Source of the DNA: Malacoraja senta
Lineage: Eukaryota
Length of the DNA stretch: 37,428 nucleotides
Direction: 5' to 3'
Assembly (NCBI GenBank): GCA_038087875.1
Contig: JAXLNO010000345.1
Span: 1-37,428, forward strand
Each line of letters begins with the position of its first letter. Positions within the stretch are counted from its first letter, which is position 1. The notes below the pieces were generated by a model, which was given only the letters and a program-made list of their open reading frames with translations, was not told the origin of the DNA and did no database searches. The translations under genes and the position numbers were made by a program. Shown here one piece after another: positions 9,580 through 20,688 of the stretch.

Positions 9580-12500
9580 GCGTAACAAAGGGGACCGGTG
9601 AAACATAACGGGGTAACAGGTGCAGAGGGCGGCAAAATGGCCGGTGGACGTCCTCTACGCCGCGGAGTGGCCACTGTCACCGGGCTATCCTCGTCAACGT
9701 GTGCTGGCTTAAGGTGCCTCACGGAGACGAACTCCTTGCCACCCATGTCCAACGTAAACGTTGAGATAGCAGTCCTCAGCACCCTGTATGGACCTTCGTA
9801 CACCCGCTGTAACGGCGAGCGGTGGGCATCTCTACGGAGAAAAACATAAGCCTCCATACCGGCAGCGGCCAGCTCATAATCAATGCCGAGACTAAGCGCT
9901 GAGACTTCGGGCAGCGCTGGATGGGACAACGCGTCAGCCACAACGTTTAGCTTCCCTGCCACATGCCGAATATCAGACGTGAATTCGGAAATGTTGGCGA
10001 GGTGCCGTTGCTGTCTGGCAGACCAGGGGTCAGATACCTTGGTCAACGCGAACGTTAGTGGCTTGTGATCCGTGAATGCGGTGAACGCACGCCCCTCCAG
10101 GAAATAACGGAAATGGCGGATCGCTAGGTAAAGTGCGAGGAGCTCCCGGTCGAAAGCGCTGTATTTAACTTCGGGGGCTCGCAGCTGCCTGCTGAAAAAT
10201 GCCAGCGGCACCCAGTGACTACCTACACGTTGCTCGAGGACAGCGCCTATCGCAATGTCGGAAGCGTCCACGGTGAGGGCCGTTTGGGCTGACACCCTAG
10301 GGTGTTCTAGCATAGTGCCGTTGGCCAATGCAGTCTTAGCCCCCTCGAATGCCTTCTCCGCCTCCTTGGACCAGACCAGGTCCTTAGGCTTACCGGCCAG
10401 GCATTGGAACAACGGCCGCATGAGGGCGGCTGCTGACGGGACGAATCGGTGGTAGAAATTAACCATCCCGATAAACTCCTGTAGACCCTAGGGATAGGGG
10501 CCTCGGGAAGCGACAGATAGCATCGACCTCCTCGGCCAGCAGCTGTGCGCCGTGGGGGGTGATGCTGTGACCCAAGAATGAAATGGAATGCAATCCGAAC
10601 TGGCACTTCGCGGGGTTGATCACCAACCCGTGTTTGCGCAGCCGTTTGAAAAGCAAGCGGAGGTGCCTGACATGCTCTGCCTGCGAGCTGCTGGCCACCA
10701 GAATATCATCGAGGCAGATGAATATGAACGGCAAACCCCAGCCAACCTGATCCATTAGCCTTTGGAACGACTGAGCAGCGTTCTTCAGGCCAAAAGGCAT
10801 TCTAAGCCATTCGAAAAGGCCGAAAGGGGTGATGGTGGCTGTCTTAGGGACGTCGTTGGGATGGACCGGGATTTGATTATACTCGCGGTTAAGGTCAACC
10901 TTCGAGAAAAAGGTTGCTCCTGCCAGATGAGCCGAGAAATCCTGGATGTTCGGGACTGGATACCGATAGGCTGTGGTTACTGCGTTCAAACGCTTGTAAT
11001 CACCGCAAGGTCTCCAACCCCCGGACGCTTTGGGCACCATGTGTAACGGGAAGCCCAAGGGCTATCCGACCGCCGGACAATCCCATGTCCTCCATAAGCT
11101 GGAACTCGTCTCGTGCGATGCGCAGTTTATCGGGCGGGAGGCGGCGCGCGCGGGCGTGCACTGGTGGACCCTCGGTGGGAAAATGGTGGATCACGCCATG
11201 ACGGGGTGCGGCCCGTCGAACCGGGGCGTGAGCAACCCTGGGAAGTCGGCGAGCACTGCTGCGAAAGGTTGCTGGATCTCAGCTACCTCGTCGAGTTGCT
11301 GTAGGGGCTTGGACGGAAAGCACGGCTTGGCAGGGCACAGGTCCGACACAGGGACCATGCATCCGCCTCGCACATCGACTAACAGGGATGACGCGTGCAA
11401 GAAATCGGCCCCTCGGATCGGTTTGACGACGTCAGCAATGATAAACTTCCACCTGTACGTGCGGGAGTCTAAATTTAAGTCCATGGTCCGTGTACCGTAA
11501 GTGCCAATGTCGCTCCCATTAACAGCCGAGAGGACGGGTCCTACCTTACCGTCGCGAATATCTCGGACGCTCGGAGGCAGGATGCTGGCATGAGTCCACC
11601 AGGAAACGGTGGCCGGAATGGCGATCGCGGACGTAAGGGCGTTCCGTTCGTTTGGGCCGATCGCATTCGCCTCTATGGACGATTGGCCGAGGCATTTCCC
11701 GGGTACGAGCAGGGGCTCCGGCATCTTCGGGCTTTGGGTCCATATCGTTGGTGGTAGCAACACCAGCGACGTTGGCTGTAGACCACTGGCCGCAGCGATT
11801 CTTCTTCGGCGCTGGGCTGGGCTTCTTCTTCCTCCCGATGACGTCTCAGTTGCACCCGCGCCGTGACCAGGGGGCGGGTGAAAGCAAACACGTCCCGCCG
11901 TCTATGTGCCCACAATTCGTCGCCTCTCTCCGCGAGTTGTTGGGGGTCGCTGAAATCAGCTGCGGCGAGAATCAGTTGGACTTCGTCAGGCATCTCCTCC
12001 AGGAACGCCTGTTCGAAGAGCAGACTTGGGCGGTGCCCGTCCATTAGGGATAACATCTTCGCCATGATGGTGAATGGCCACCGGACACCGACACTGGCCA
12101 TGTGCAGTAGCTTCGCTGCCCTGTCTCTGCGGCTGAGACCGTAAGCGTGGAGCAGCAGGGTCTTCAGCCCTTCATATTTGGCGATGGACGGCGGGTCCCT
12201 GATGTAGGGCAACAGCCTCGAGGCACAGTCCTGCGGCAAAGCCCCCACCACATGGAAATACCTTGTGTCGTCCGCTACGATGCGATGGAGGTGAAACTGT
12301 GCCTCAACGTGGGCGAACCACACCTGAGGTTGGTCAGGCCAAAAGGTTGGCAATTTGAAGGCCGGTGAGCCCCTGCGGTAACGTTGTCTTCCTGCATAAT
12401 TCTCTTGCCTAACGATGGCGAGACAGGTCGGGGTCACCAATTTGGCGGTCTCAAGAACGACAACTGAAGTTTTAAACAAACTTTTATTCAACAATTCACT

Positions 12501-12665
12501 CTTCAGTAAACAGGTTCGCTAGACACGTTTGGCCACATTGGTGGTCAGCGCTGAACTCACGCGCGAAAGCAAAACCGCTCGAAACAAGCAGCCCCTCCCG
12601 AGTCAAGTGACCGTGTCTTCTGAACGCTGGGATCGATACCTGCGTGCGCAGCAGGCGCCGCTACA
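9580..12665 (-). mobile_element. Ty3/Gypsy CsRn1-like copy 2; 5' LTR present, integrase core deleted, 3' LTR missing
   Basis: LTR 12441-12665; PBS GTCGGGGTCACCA at 12427-12439; open gag frame 11673-12494 with WCCYHQRYGPKARRCRSPC; RT 10459-11058; RNase H fused directly to the GPY region in ORF 9483-10466. Confidence 0.93.
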
Positions 12666-12949
12666 ATAGATGCATATGTCCACAGACCTTTCATTGCGCA
12701 TTGTCGCTCATTTTATATGCAGTTTCCTTTTAAAATTTTTTTTTTAAGAAGCACCTTATTTATTATATACAAAGATCATAATGGTCGCATCATAGACGAA
12801 GATAACTGCAAAATCCAATGAACTGACGTGGCTTAAACTGCGAGGGGCAGAACGGAAGTCGGGGTCTTATTCCTAAAATGCGGAGTGGTGTTCCGATGCG
12901 TACTGCGCGTCAGCCCATTGGTCTATCTTGCTCCTCTAGTATCTTCGCT
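12666..12949. repeat. Unclassified dispersed repeat, probably a non-autonomous DNA transposon; related copy at 20484-20686
   Basis: Collinear diverged match (TGCATATG..CC.AGACCTTTCATTGCGCA...GCACCTTATTTATTAT...AAATCCAAT.AACTGAC). Ends in a 30-bp motif that is inverted at 13222-13251. Confidence 0.6.
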
Positions 12950-13070
12950 TGCTTGTGGAAGACAGTGCAGTTGTGACGTCATTTCCAGGCTGAGGCTGCA
13001 CACGCTTCCGTCTAGTCTCCCCATGGGAGAGTGAACGCACCACTCGCCCTCGCTGCGCTCTCTCTTCCCA

Positions 13071-13220
13071 CGCCGGTGGTCCTCCAGGCGGGGTGAGCCG
13101 AGCGCCCGTGGTCCTTCAGGCGGGGTGAGCCGAGCGCCGGTGGTCCTCCAGGCGGGGGTGAGCCGAGCGCCCGTGGTCCTCCAGGCGGGGGCGGGGGCGG
13201 GCGAGGGCGGGGTGAGCCGT
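13071..13220. repeat. GC-rich 32-bp minisatellite (~4 units) with GC boxes
   Basis: Unit CGCC(G/C)GTGGTCCTCCAGGCGGGGTGAGCCGAG. Confidence 0.85.
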
Positions 13221-13373
13221 CAGCAAAGATACTAGAGGAGCAAGTTAGACCACTCGATGAAAAACGCCGTAGTACGGTCATGGGCTCATGGTACATTTTT
13301 TTGCGCCATTTTGGGAATCATATGAGGGTTTTTTGAATGGGCATCTGTCATGGCGTCCACATCTACACGCGTA

Positions 13374-15488
13374 GTCAAGTCAAATCAAGTCAAGTCAAGT
13401 CAAGTTTATTCGTCACATTACACATATGAGATGTGCAGTGAAATGAAACGTGGCAATGCTCACGGACTTTGTGCAAAAAAGCAAACAAACAAACAAACTA
13501 CAAACAGAATGGAATAGAATCGCATATTCTTTTACACATTAAAGATTGTGGGCGGAAGGAAAAAGGGAAAAAAAAAACCGGGAAAAAACAGCAATTTAAA
13601 AAAAGCAGTAGAGTGGTTCAGGTAAAGTTAGTCCCTGTGTGAGATAGGAGTTTACAGTCCTAATGGCCTCTGGGAAGAAACTCCTTCGCAACCTCTCCGT
13701 CTCACAGCATGGCAACGGAATTTGCCTGACCGTAGCAGCTGGAACAGTCCGTTGCAGGGTGGAAGGGGTCTCCCATGGGCTCTGGAGTTGCACCTCCTGA
13801 TGTATAGTTCCTGCAGGGGGGCGAGTGTAGTTTCCATTGTGCGTTCGGCAAATGCACTACTCTCTGCAGAGCCTTCTTGTCCTGGGCAGAGCAATTCCCA
13901 AACCGGATTGTAATATTTCCCGACAAGATGCTTTCCACGGCCGCTGAGTAAAAGCACCTGGAGGATCCTCGGAGACACTCTGAATTTCCTCAATTGCCTG
14001 AGGTGGTAAAGGCGCTGCCTTGCCTTACTCACGAGTGCTGCAGCGTGTGATGTCCATGTCATATCCTCAGAGATATGGACTCCCAGGTATTTAAAACAGC
14101 TCACCCTATCCACATTATCCCCATTTATCCTCAATGGTGTGTACGTCCTCGGATAATGTGCCCTCCTAAAGTCCACGATTAGCTCCTTCGTTTTTTTGAT
14201 GTTCAAGAGGAGGCTGTTGTCCTGACACCAGAGTGCCAGATCAGCCATCTCCTCCCGGTAGGCCTTCTCATCGTTGTCTGAGATCAGGCCCACCACCACA
14301 GTGTCATCAGCAAACTTGATGATCGAGTTGGAGCTGAACCTGGCCACACAGTCATGTGTGTACAGAGGAGTACAGTAGGGGGCTGAGGATGCAACCCTGG
14401 GGGATCCTGTGCTCAGGGTGAGCGACTTCGATGTATTCCCTCCCATCTTGACTACCTGGGGCCTGGCGGTGAGAAAGTCCAGGGTCTAGGCACACAGGGG
14501 GGTGTTGAGCCCTAATTCCAGTAGCTTCTCGGCCAGTCTGGTGGAGACTATCATGTTGAAGGCTGAACTGAAGTCTATGAACAGCATCCTCACGTAGCCC
14601 CCCTTCTGGCTGTCAAGATGAGAGAGAGCTGTGTGCAAAACCTGGGAGACCGCATCGTCCGTGGATCTGTTCAGAACGGTATGCGAATTGTAACTGGTCC
14701 ATGTTGCGAGGGGAGGAAGGCGCAGATGTGTTTCTTCACCAGCCTCTCAAAGCATTTCATGACTACCGAGGTGAGGGCCACCGGACGGTAGTCATTCAGA
14801 CAGGCTGGGGAGGCATTTTTGGGTACTGGTACAATTATGAATTTTTGAAGCAGGCAGGGACCACGGACTTGTCCAGGAGAGCTTGAATATTGTAGTGAAC
14901 ACCGGAGCTAGCTGCGTAGCACAGGACAGAAGTACTCGCCCGAGATGCCATCGGGGCCTGCAGCTTTCCTCATGTTCACCCGTGTCAGAGCCCTCCTCAC
15001 ATCGTGCTCGGACAACAAGAATGTGTGCACATTCCTCCTTTCAGCTCCGTTAGCCAGCCCGTTAGCGGTATTGTCGATAGTCGGCAGACCTGGGTGGTGT
15101 TGCCCGTCTCGAAACGAGCGTAAAATGAGTTCAGGTCATCAGCTAGGAGGTGCCGGCACTTGCGGACGAGGGTGGGGTGCTCCGGTAGTTGCTTGCAGTC
15201 CGTAGCCCCTGCCACAGGCGGCTGGTGTCCTGCTGCTCCATCTGTGACTCCATCTTGTCCCTGTACCTCCTTTTGCGTCCTTCACCGCCCTTCGCAGTCG
15301 GTAGGACTCTACCTTGTAGACGTCCATTGTTTCCTGATGCCAGGGCCAAGTTGTAGGCAGCGGTGCGAGCATTCAAGGCAACACGAACGGACCTGTCTAC
15401 CCAGGGTTTTTGATTCGGAAAGGTGCTAACCTTTACCGTGGGACGATGTTGTTGGTTATTGTTGCGATGAAGTCCGTGACTGCTTCCG
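13374..15488 (-). mobile_element. Rex1/Babar LINE, 5'-truncated and frameshifted
   Basis: IIKFADDTVVVGLI, WCQDNSLLLN..KTKELIVDFR and FKYLGVHI motifs; (CTTGA)n 3' tail at 13374-13404. Confidence 0.9.
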
Positions 15489-15490
15489 TA

Positions 15491-15612
15491 GTGAGCTGTT
15501 CTGCTATAGTACTCGAATCGCCAATGTAAGCGATTCGAGCACTTTATAGCAGTGTATCTTCAGGTTCCCCACTAAAGACGAAAGATAAGAACAAAATTAT
15601 AACTTTCTGTCT
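15491..15612 (+). pseudogene. Possible THAP-domain remnant (DNA transposase N-terminus)
   Basis: Fragments translate VSCSAI / SNRQCK / FRFPTKDER, resembling THAP C-x4-C-x-N ... FxFP-x-D; disrupted. Confidence 0.4.
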
Positions 15613-16231
15613 TGAGGCCTGCCCCGATCTCTTCTATAGCTCAGATTCCTCCTTTCAGCTTCGTTAGCCAGCCCGTTAGCGGTATTGTCGATAGCGATCG
15701 GAGCCGGGGGTCGCTCCGATCGCTGGCCCGCGGACTATAACACCCTGAAGCCGCGGTGTGCGGAGCTTCTAGTCGCGGGGGCAGCGTGCACTTTCCCTCG
15801 CGGAGACTGGGATTCCTCGCCTGAGAAGAGATCTGACCGCCGGCCCGCGGCCTATAACATCATGAAGCCCGGTCTCCGGTAGGAGACGGACGATTCAGGA
15901 CCTCCAAGCCGCGGAGATCCCGAATCAGCTTGTATTTAAGCCGGTTTGAAATAGTGTTTTAAAATACATGATAAATGGTGTAAAATATACACAATGTACA
16001 CGGATCACCAGTGTTTAAAATACATGATAAATGGCGCTATAGGGAACAACGACATCCCACGAGGAGCACACATTAAAGCCTTAATTTCCTTCCCAATGTA
16101 TGATGACTGTAACATATATAATTCTATTCTTATGATCCTGATAATGTATTATATTATATGACATTTTTTGGTACATGAGCAAGTTTTAGAAAGTCTTCTT
16201 TTATAGATCTAGACTTAGCATAATAATAAAG

Positions 16232-16310
16232 ATAGACAAAAAATACTGGAGAATTTCTCCAGCATTTTTGTCTACCTTCGATTTCCAGCATCTGCAGTTC
16301 CTTCTTAAAC
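16232..16310 (+). mobile_element. 79-bp Penelope terminal fragment with inverted 5' end and 10-bp TSD
   Basis: Matches the Penelope 3' terminus (TTTCTCCAGCATTTTTGTCTACCTTCGATTTCCAGCATCTGCAGTTCCTTCTT). AATAATAAAG flanks it at 16222-16231 and 16311-16320. Confidence 0.8.
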
Positions 16311-16916
16311 AATAATAAAGGTATCAATTTTTACACTGCTGTACATTTTGGTTTTTGTCAATCTTGTAAGTCATCTGTTGTAGCTTGCATGGTATTGTAA
16401 GCTCTTCTACATTTAAGATAAATCAAGTCAATTCAAGTCAAGAGAGTTTATTGTCATGTGTCCCAGATAGGACAATGAAATTCTTGCTTTGCTTCAGGAC
16501 AACAGAATATAGTAGGCATGAATACAGATATTTATTCAGTAGGCATAAATTGACCCATTAGAGGAAAAATGCATCTTCAATATACATCTCTCCCCACCCC
16601 TGAAAACAATTGCATTTAAGTGACATATCATCCATTCTGCAGTTATGTAGTTATAATCAGATTTGTTCTTATAAGTTAATTCTATATGATATTTACTGTA
16701 ATTTCAGATGTTGACAAGTATACTCATTGATATGATCTCCTATAGCGAACTACGGAGTACTTGTCAAAGAACTGACGTCTTTGTTCTGAACACCCTGTAT
16801 TATCTCACACATAAAGCAATACATTATGTAAATCTTACCATAAATAACAGAAATAAAAAGGGTTATCCTTGTTTATGATTTTGTTGTAGAATTATTTAAA
16901 ATTGAGTGGATTGATG

Positions 16917-18423
16917 CATAGATACATAGATACATAGAAAAATAGGTGCAAGAGTAGGCCATTCGGCCCTTCGAGCCTGCACCGCATTCAATATGATCAT
17001 GGCTGATCATCCAACTCAGTATCCCGTACCTGCCTTCTCTCCATACCCCCTGATCCCTTAGCCACAAGGGCCACATCTAACTCCCCTCTTAAATATAGCC
17101 AATGAACTGGCCTCAACTACCCTCTGTGGCAGAGAGTTCCAGAGATTCACCACTCTCTGTGTGAAAAAGTATTTCCTCATCTCTGTCGTAAAGGATTTCC
17201 CCCTTATCCTTAAGCTGTGACCCCTTGTCCTGGACTTCCCCAACATCGGGAACAATCTTCCTGCATCTAGCCTGTCGAACCCCATAAGAATTTTGTACGT
17301 TTCTATAAGATCCCCTCTCAATCTCCTAAATTCTAGCGAGTATAAGCCAAGTCTATCCAGTCTTTCTTCATATGAAAGTCCTGACATCCCAGGAATCAGT
17401 CTGGTGAACCTTCTCTGCACTCCCTCTATGGCTATAATGTCCTTCCTCAGATTTGGAGACCAAAACTGTACGCAATACTCCAGGTGTGGTCTCACCAAGA
17501 CCCTGTACAACTGCAGTAGAACCTCCCTGCTCCTATACTCAAATCCTCTTGCTATGAAGGCCAACATACCATTCGCTTTCTTCACTGCCTGCTGCACCTG
17601 CATGCCCACTTTCAATGACTGGTGTACCATGACACCCAGGTCTCGCTGCATCTCCCCATTTCCTAATCGGCCACCATTTAGATAATAGTCTGCCTTCCCG
17701 TTTTGCCACCAAAGTGGATAACCTCACATTTATCCACATTATACTGCATCTGCCAAACATTTGCCCACTCACCCAGCCTATCCAAGTCACCTTGCAGTCT
17801 CCTAGCATCCTCCTCACAGCTAACACTGCCCCCAGCTTAGTGTCATCCGCAAACTTGGAGATGTCGCTTTCAATTCCCTCGTCCAGATCATTAATATAAA
17901 TTGTAAATAGCTGGGGTCCCAGCACTGAGCCTTGCGGTCCCAACCACTAGTCACTGCTGCCATTGTGAAAAGGACCCGTTTACTCTACTCTTTTGCTTCC
18001 TGTTTGCCAGCCAGTTCTCTATCCACATCAATACTGAACCCCCAATACCGTGTGATTTAAGTTTGTATACTAATCTCTTATGTGGTACCTTCTCGAAAGC
18101 CTTCTGAAAGTCCAGATACAACACATCCACTGGTTCTCCCCTATCCACTCTACTAGTTACATCCTCGAAAAATTCTATAAGATTCGTCAGACACGATTTA
18201 CCTTTCGTAAATCCATGTTGACTTTGTCCAATGATTTCACCACTTTCCAAATGTGCTGCTATCCATCTTTAATAACTGACTCTAGCAGTTTCCCCACTAC
18301 CGATGTTAGACTAACTGGTCTGTAATTCCCCGTTTTCTCTCTCCCTCCCTTCTTAAAAAGTGGGGTTACGTTTGCTACCCTCCAATCCTCAGGAACTACT
18401 CCAGAATCTAAAGAGTTTTGAAA
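16917..18423 (-). mobile_element. CR1 (HER1-like) LINE, 5'-truncated
   Basis: QHGFTKGKSCLTNL, YLDFQKAF, QGSVLGP, KFADD, LVRPHLEYCVQFW; (TATCTATG)n tail. Confidence 0.95.
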
Positions 18424-18689
18424 CTCTTATGCAATATACTGCTAACCCACAAATGTTTAGTTATGAGATATTCACATTTAAAAACTCACTCAGAGCTCGG
18501 GTGACTGCGAGCGGCCGCCGGGACCGGACAGCGGAACCGCAGCTAGACCCGGGGCTCACAGGTGACCTGGGAACTGCAGCTAGTCCGGAGGGTCCTGGCC
18601 CCTATGCAAAAAAGGCTGCCGACTCCTGGACTAAACCAAACCCTCGATCCTGTCTCGACATCCTTTTTCAAAATTTAGCAACTCAAATG

Positions 18690-18720
18690 TGGTGCGTCTT
18701 CATTGCCGGGAAATACGATA
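18690..18720 (-). mobile_element. pogo/Tc2-like terminal inverted repeat end
   Basis: Minus strand TA|TCGTATTTCCCGGC...AAGACGCAC resembles CCGTATTT..CG...AAGACGCAC termini. The partner end was not located. Confidence 0.4.
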
Positions 18721-19023
18721 ACTCATTTCCTCATATATATGTAGATTTCCCTCAAATATATGTTAAATTAAAAACTAAACTATGGTAGCAATGCACAGTA
18801 TTCATGTCTAATGCTCGCATTCTGCATCATTGTAGGTATGTATGCACTACATTTCTTTACACTAATATAGAATGAAAAAATATGTTGACATGTGTTCATT
18901 TATATTTTATTCACAATATTAGGATTTATGAGTGGTTGATTGAAATAAAAAAAGTTCAACAAAATTAGGAGATCACAAGAAAGAAACTAGAGAAATATAC
19001 ATATATGTGTGTTATATATTTTA

Positions 19024-20062
19024 GGTATGTTACAATACTTACCTTCAGCGGCGCTGCAATTCTGCCACTGCCGTGTGCGCGATTTTGCCGCCTTTGAGTG
19101 GGGGGCGGGGTTAAAACGCGGGTTTCTCCTACCTTTGTCCTGTATTATATTCGTTGGAGTACAAGCGTTTGCTGAAAAATCGTTCCTACGGGCGTTTTGT
19201 GTATTTTTAATTGTTATTAAATCGACAATGTCAGCGCTGGAGCTATTTTAAAATCAGCTTCGAAAGCCGTCAACGCCGACAACGGGGACGGATTTCACAC
19301 ACGGGACAGGTAAAACGAAAGTAGTTTATTTTAATGTATAAACGTACTTCTTAAGAAGCCTTTAATTCATATTTTTTAATGCGAAACGGTGATTCTTTTC
19401 CCCGAACTAACGGCAGAATTTTTCATGCCGATACGGGGTTAAATTCACCGCAAATCAACGTTCCAAATGATCGCGTTCCAGAAAACCTCACTCGCAAAAT
19501 GATTTAAATGCCCATTAATTTACAGGTATTAAACATTCAATTCCTTCCATTTGGCCTGTAAATCCATGACAATGAGATTTAAAAATTATGTTATATTGTG
19601 AATTATTGTGTGAATGTTATTTGGACACTTAGGCTATTTAAAAATGTTAATCTATTCTTAAGAAATTGATAGATGTTTAGATCTAGTAATTGAATTTTGT
19701 AATTTGCTACAATTAGGTAACTAACTAATTATATGCTTTAATTTCATGTCATCTAAGTAAGATTGTTTCACATTTGTTTCAGAATGCTTCAATCTATAAT
19801 AACTGAAAATATCTTTCAGTTCTCTTAATTTTTAAGAAAGTTATGGGCTTTTGACTGTCCTCGATCACAGCTTTTGTGTTAAGTCAATGGAAAAGCAATA
19901 GGGAACAAGTTGCTAATTTCCAAGTATGAAAATGGCCATAGCTTTTTTAATACTGAAGATTATGAAAGTGAATTGGGTGTCAAATAAACTTCTTTTTATG
20001 CTTTATCTGATGGGATAAATTGCAGACCTTTATTTTTAAAATCTCAAATGTTGTAACATTGC
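19024..20062. mobile_element. Non-autonomous DNA transposon, copy 1 (~1.04 kb)
   Basis: Imperfect TIRs GGTATGTTACAA / TTGTAACATTGC flanked by TA; collinear with 20689-23420. Confidence 0.8.
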
Positions 20063-20260
20063 TATATATTTATATACATATATATCACACATATATACGC
20101 ATCATATATATATATATAATGAATATATGTGTTTATATACATAAGAAACAGAAATATGTATGTGTTATATAATTATATACATCAATATCACATTTATATA
20201 TGTGTGTGTATCATATATATAATATATATACGTGTTTATAATATATAAATATAGGCAAAT
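20063..20260. repeat. Degenerate (TA)n microsatellite
   Basis: Direct inspection. Confidence 0.9.
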
Positions 20261-20688
20261 ATATTGGCTTATGGCTTATGTTCCTTATATCTTATGGGCA
20301 TAAAAAAGGCAATTATAATTGCCTTTATGGCTTATGTACATCATGAGAATGGCTCATGTACATTATGAGTTGCTTTAAATCAAAGTTGCTTCTGATCCAT
20401 GAGGAACTTTGAAATATACTATATCTCTCTCTTGCCACTCACACACACATACCGTTCCCCCACAACACTGATTAAACCAAATATCATAGAATGCATATGG
20501 TCCAGAGACCTTTCATTGCGCAGTTGTCGCCCATATTTTATACGCAGTTTCCCTTTCATTTTTTTTTTAAAGGGAGGCACCTTATTTATTATCAACAAAG
20601 ATAATAATGGACTAACATCTAGGCGACCAAGATAAACTGCTAAATCCAATAAACTGACATGGATTAAACCTGCGAGAGGCAAAACATA

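Noticed and set aside
15501..15552. Pre-miRNA hairpin
   Set aside because: Short, matches no miRNA I recognise, and is better explained as an inverted duplication in a transposase relic.
16709..16879. Exon-like open stretch after TTTCAG (MLTSILIDMISYSELR...)
   Set aside because: No convincing donor or homology, and no partner exons.
20419..20682. 87-aa minus-strand ORF
   Set aside because: The related copy at 12666-12852 differs by several 1-bp indels, so the frame is not conserved.
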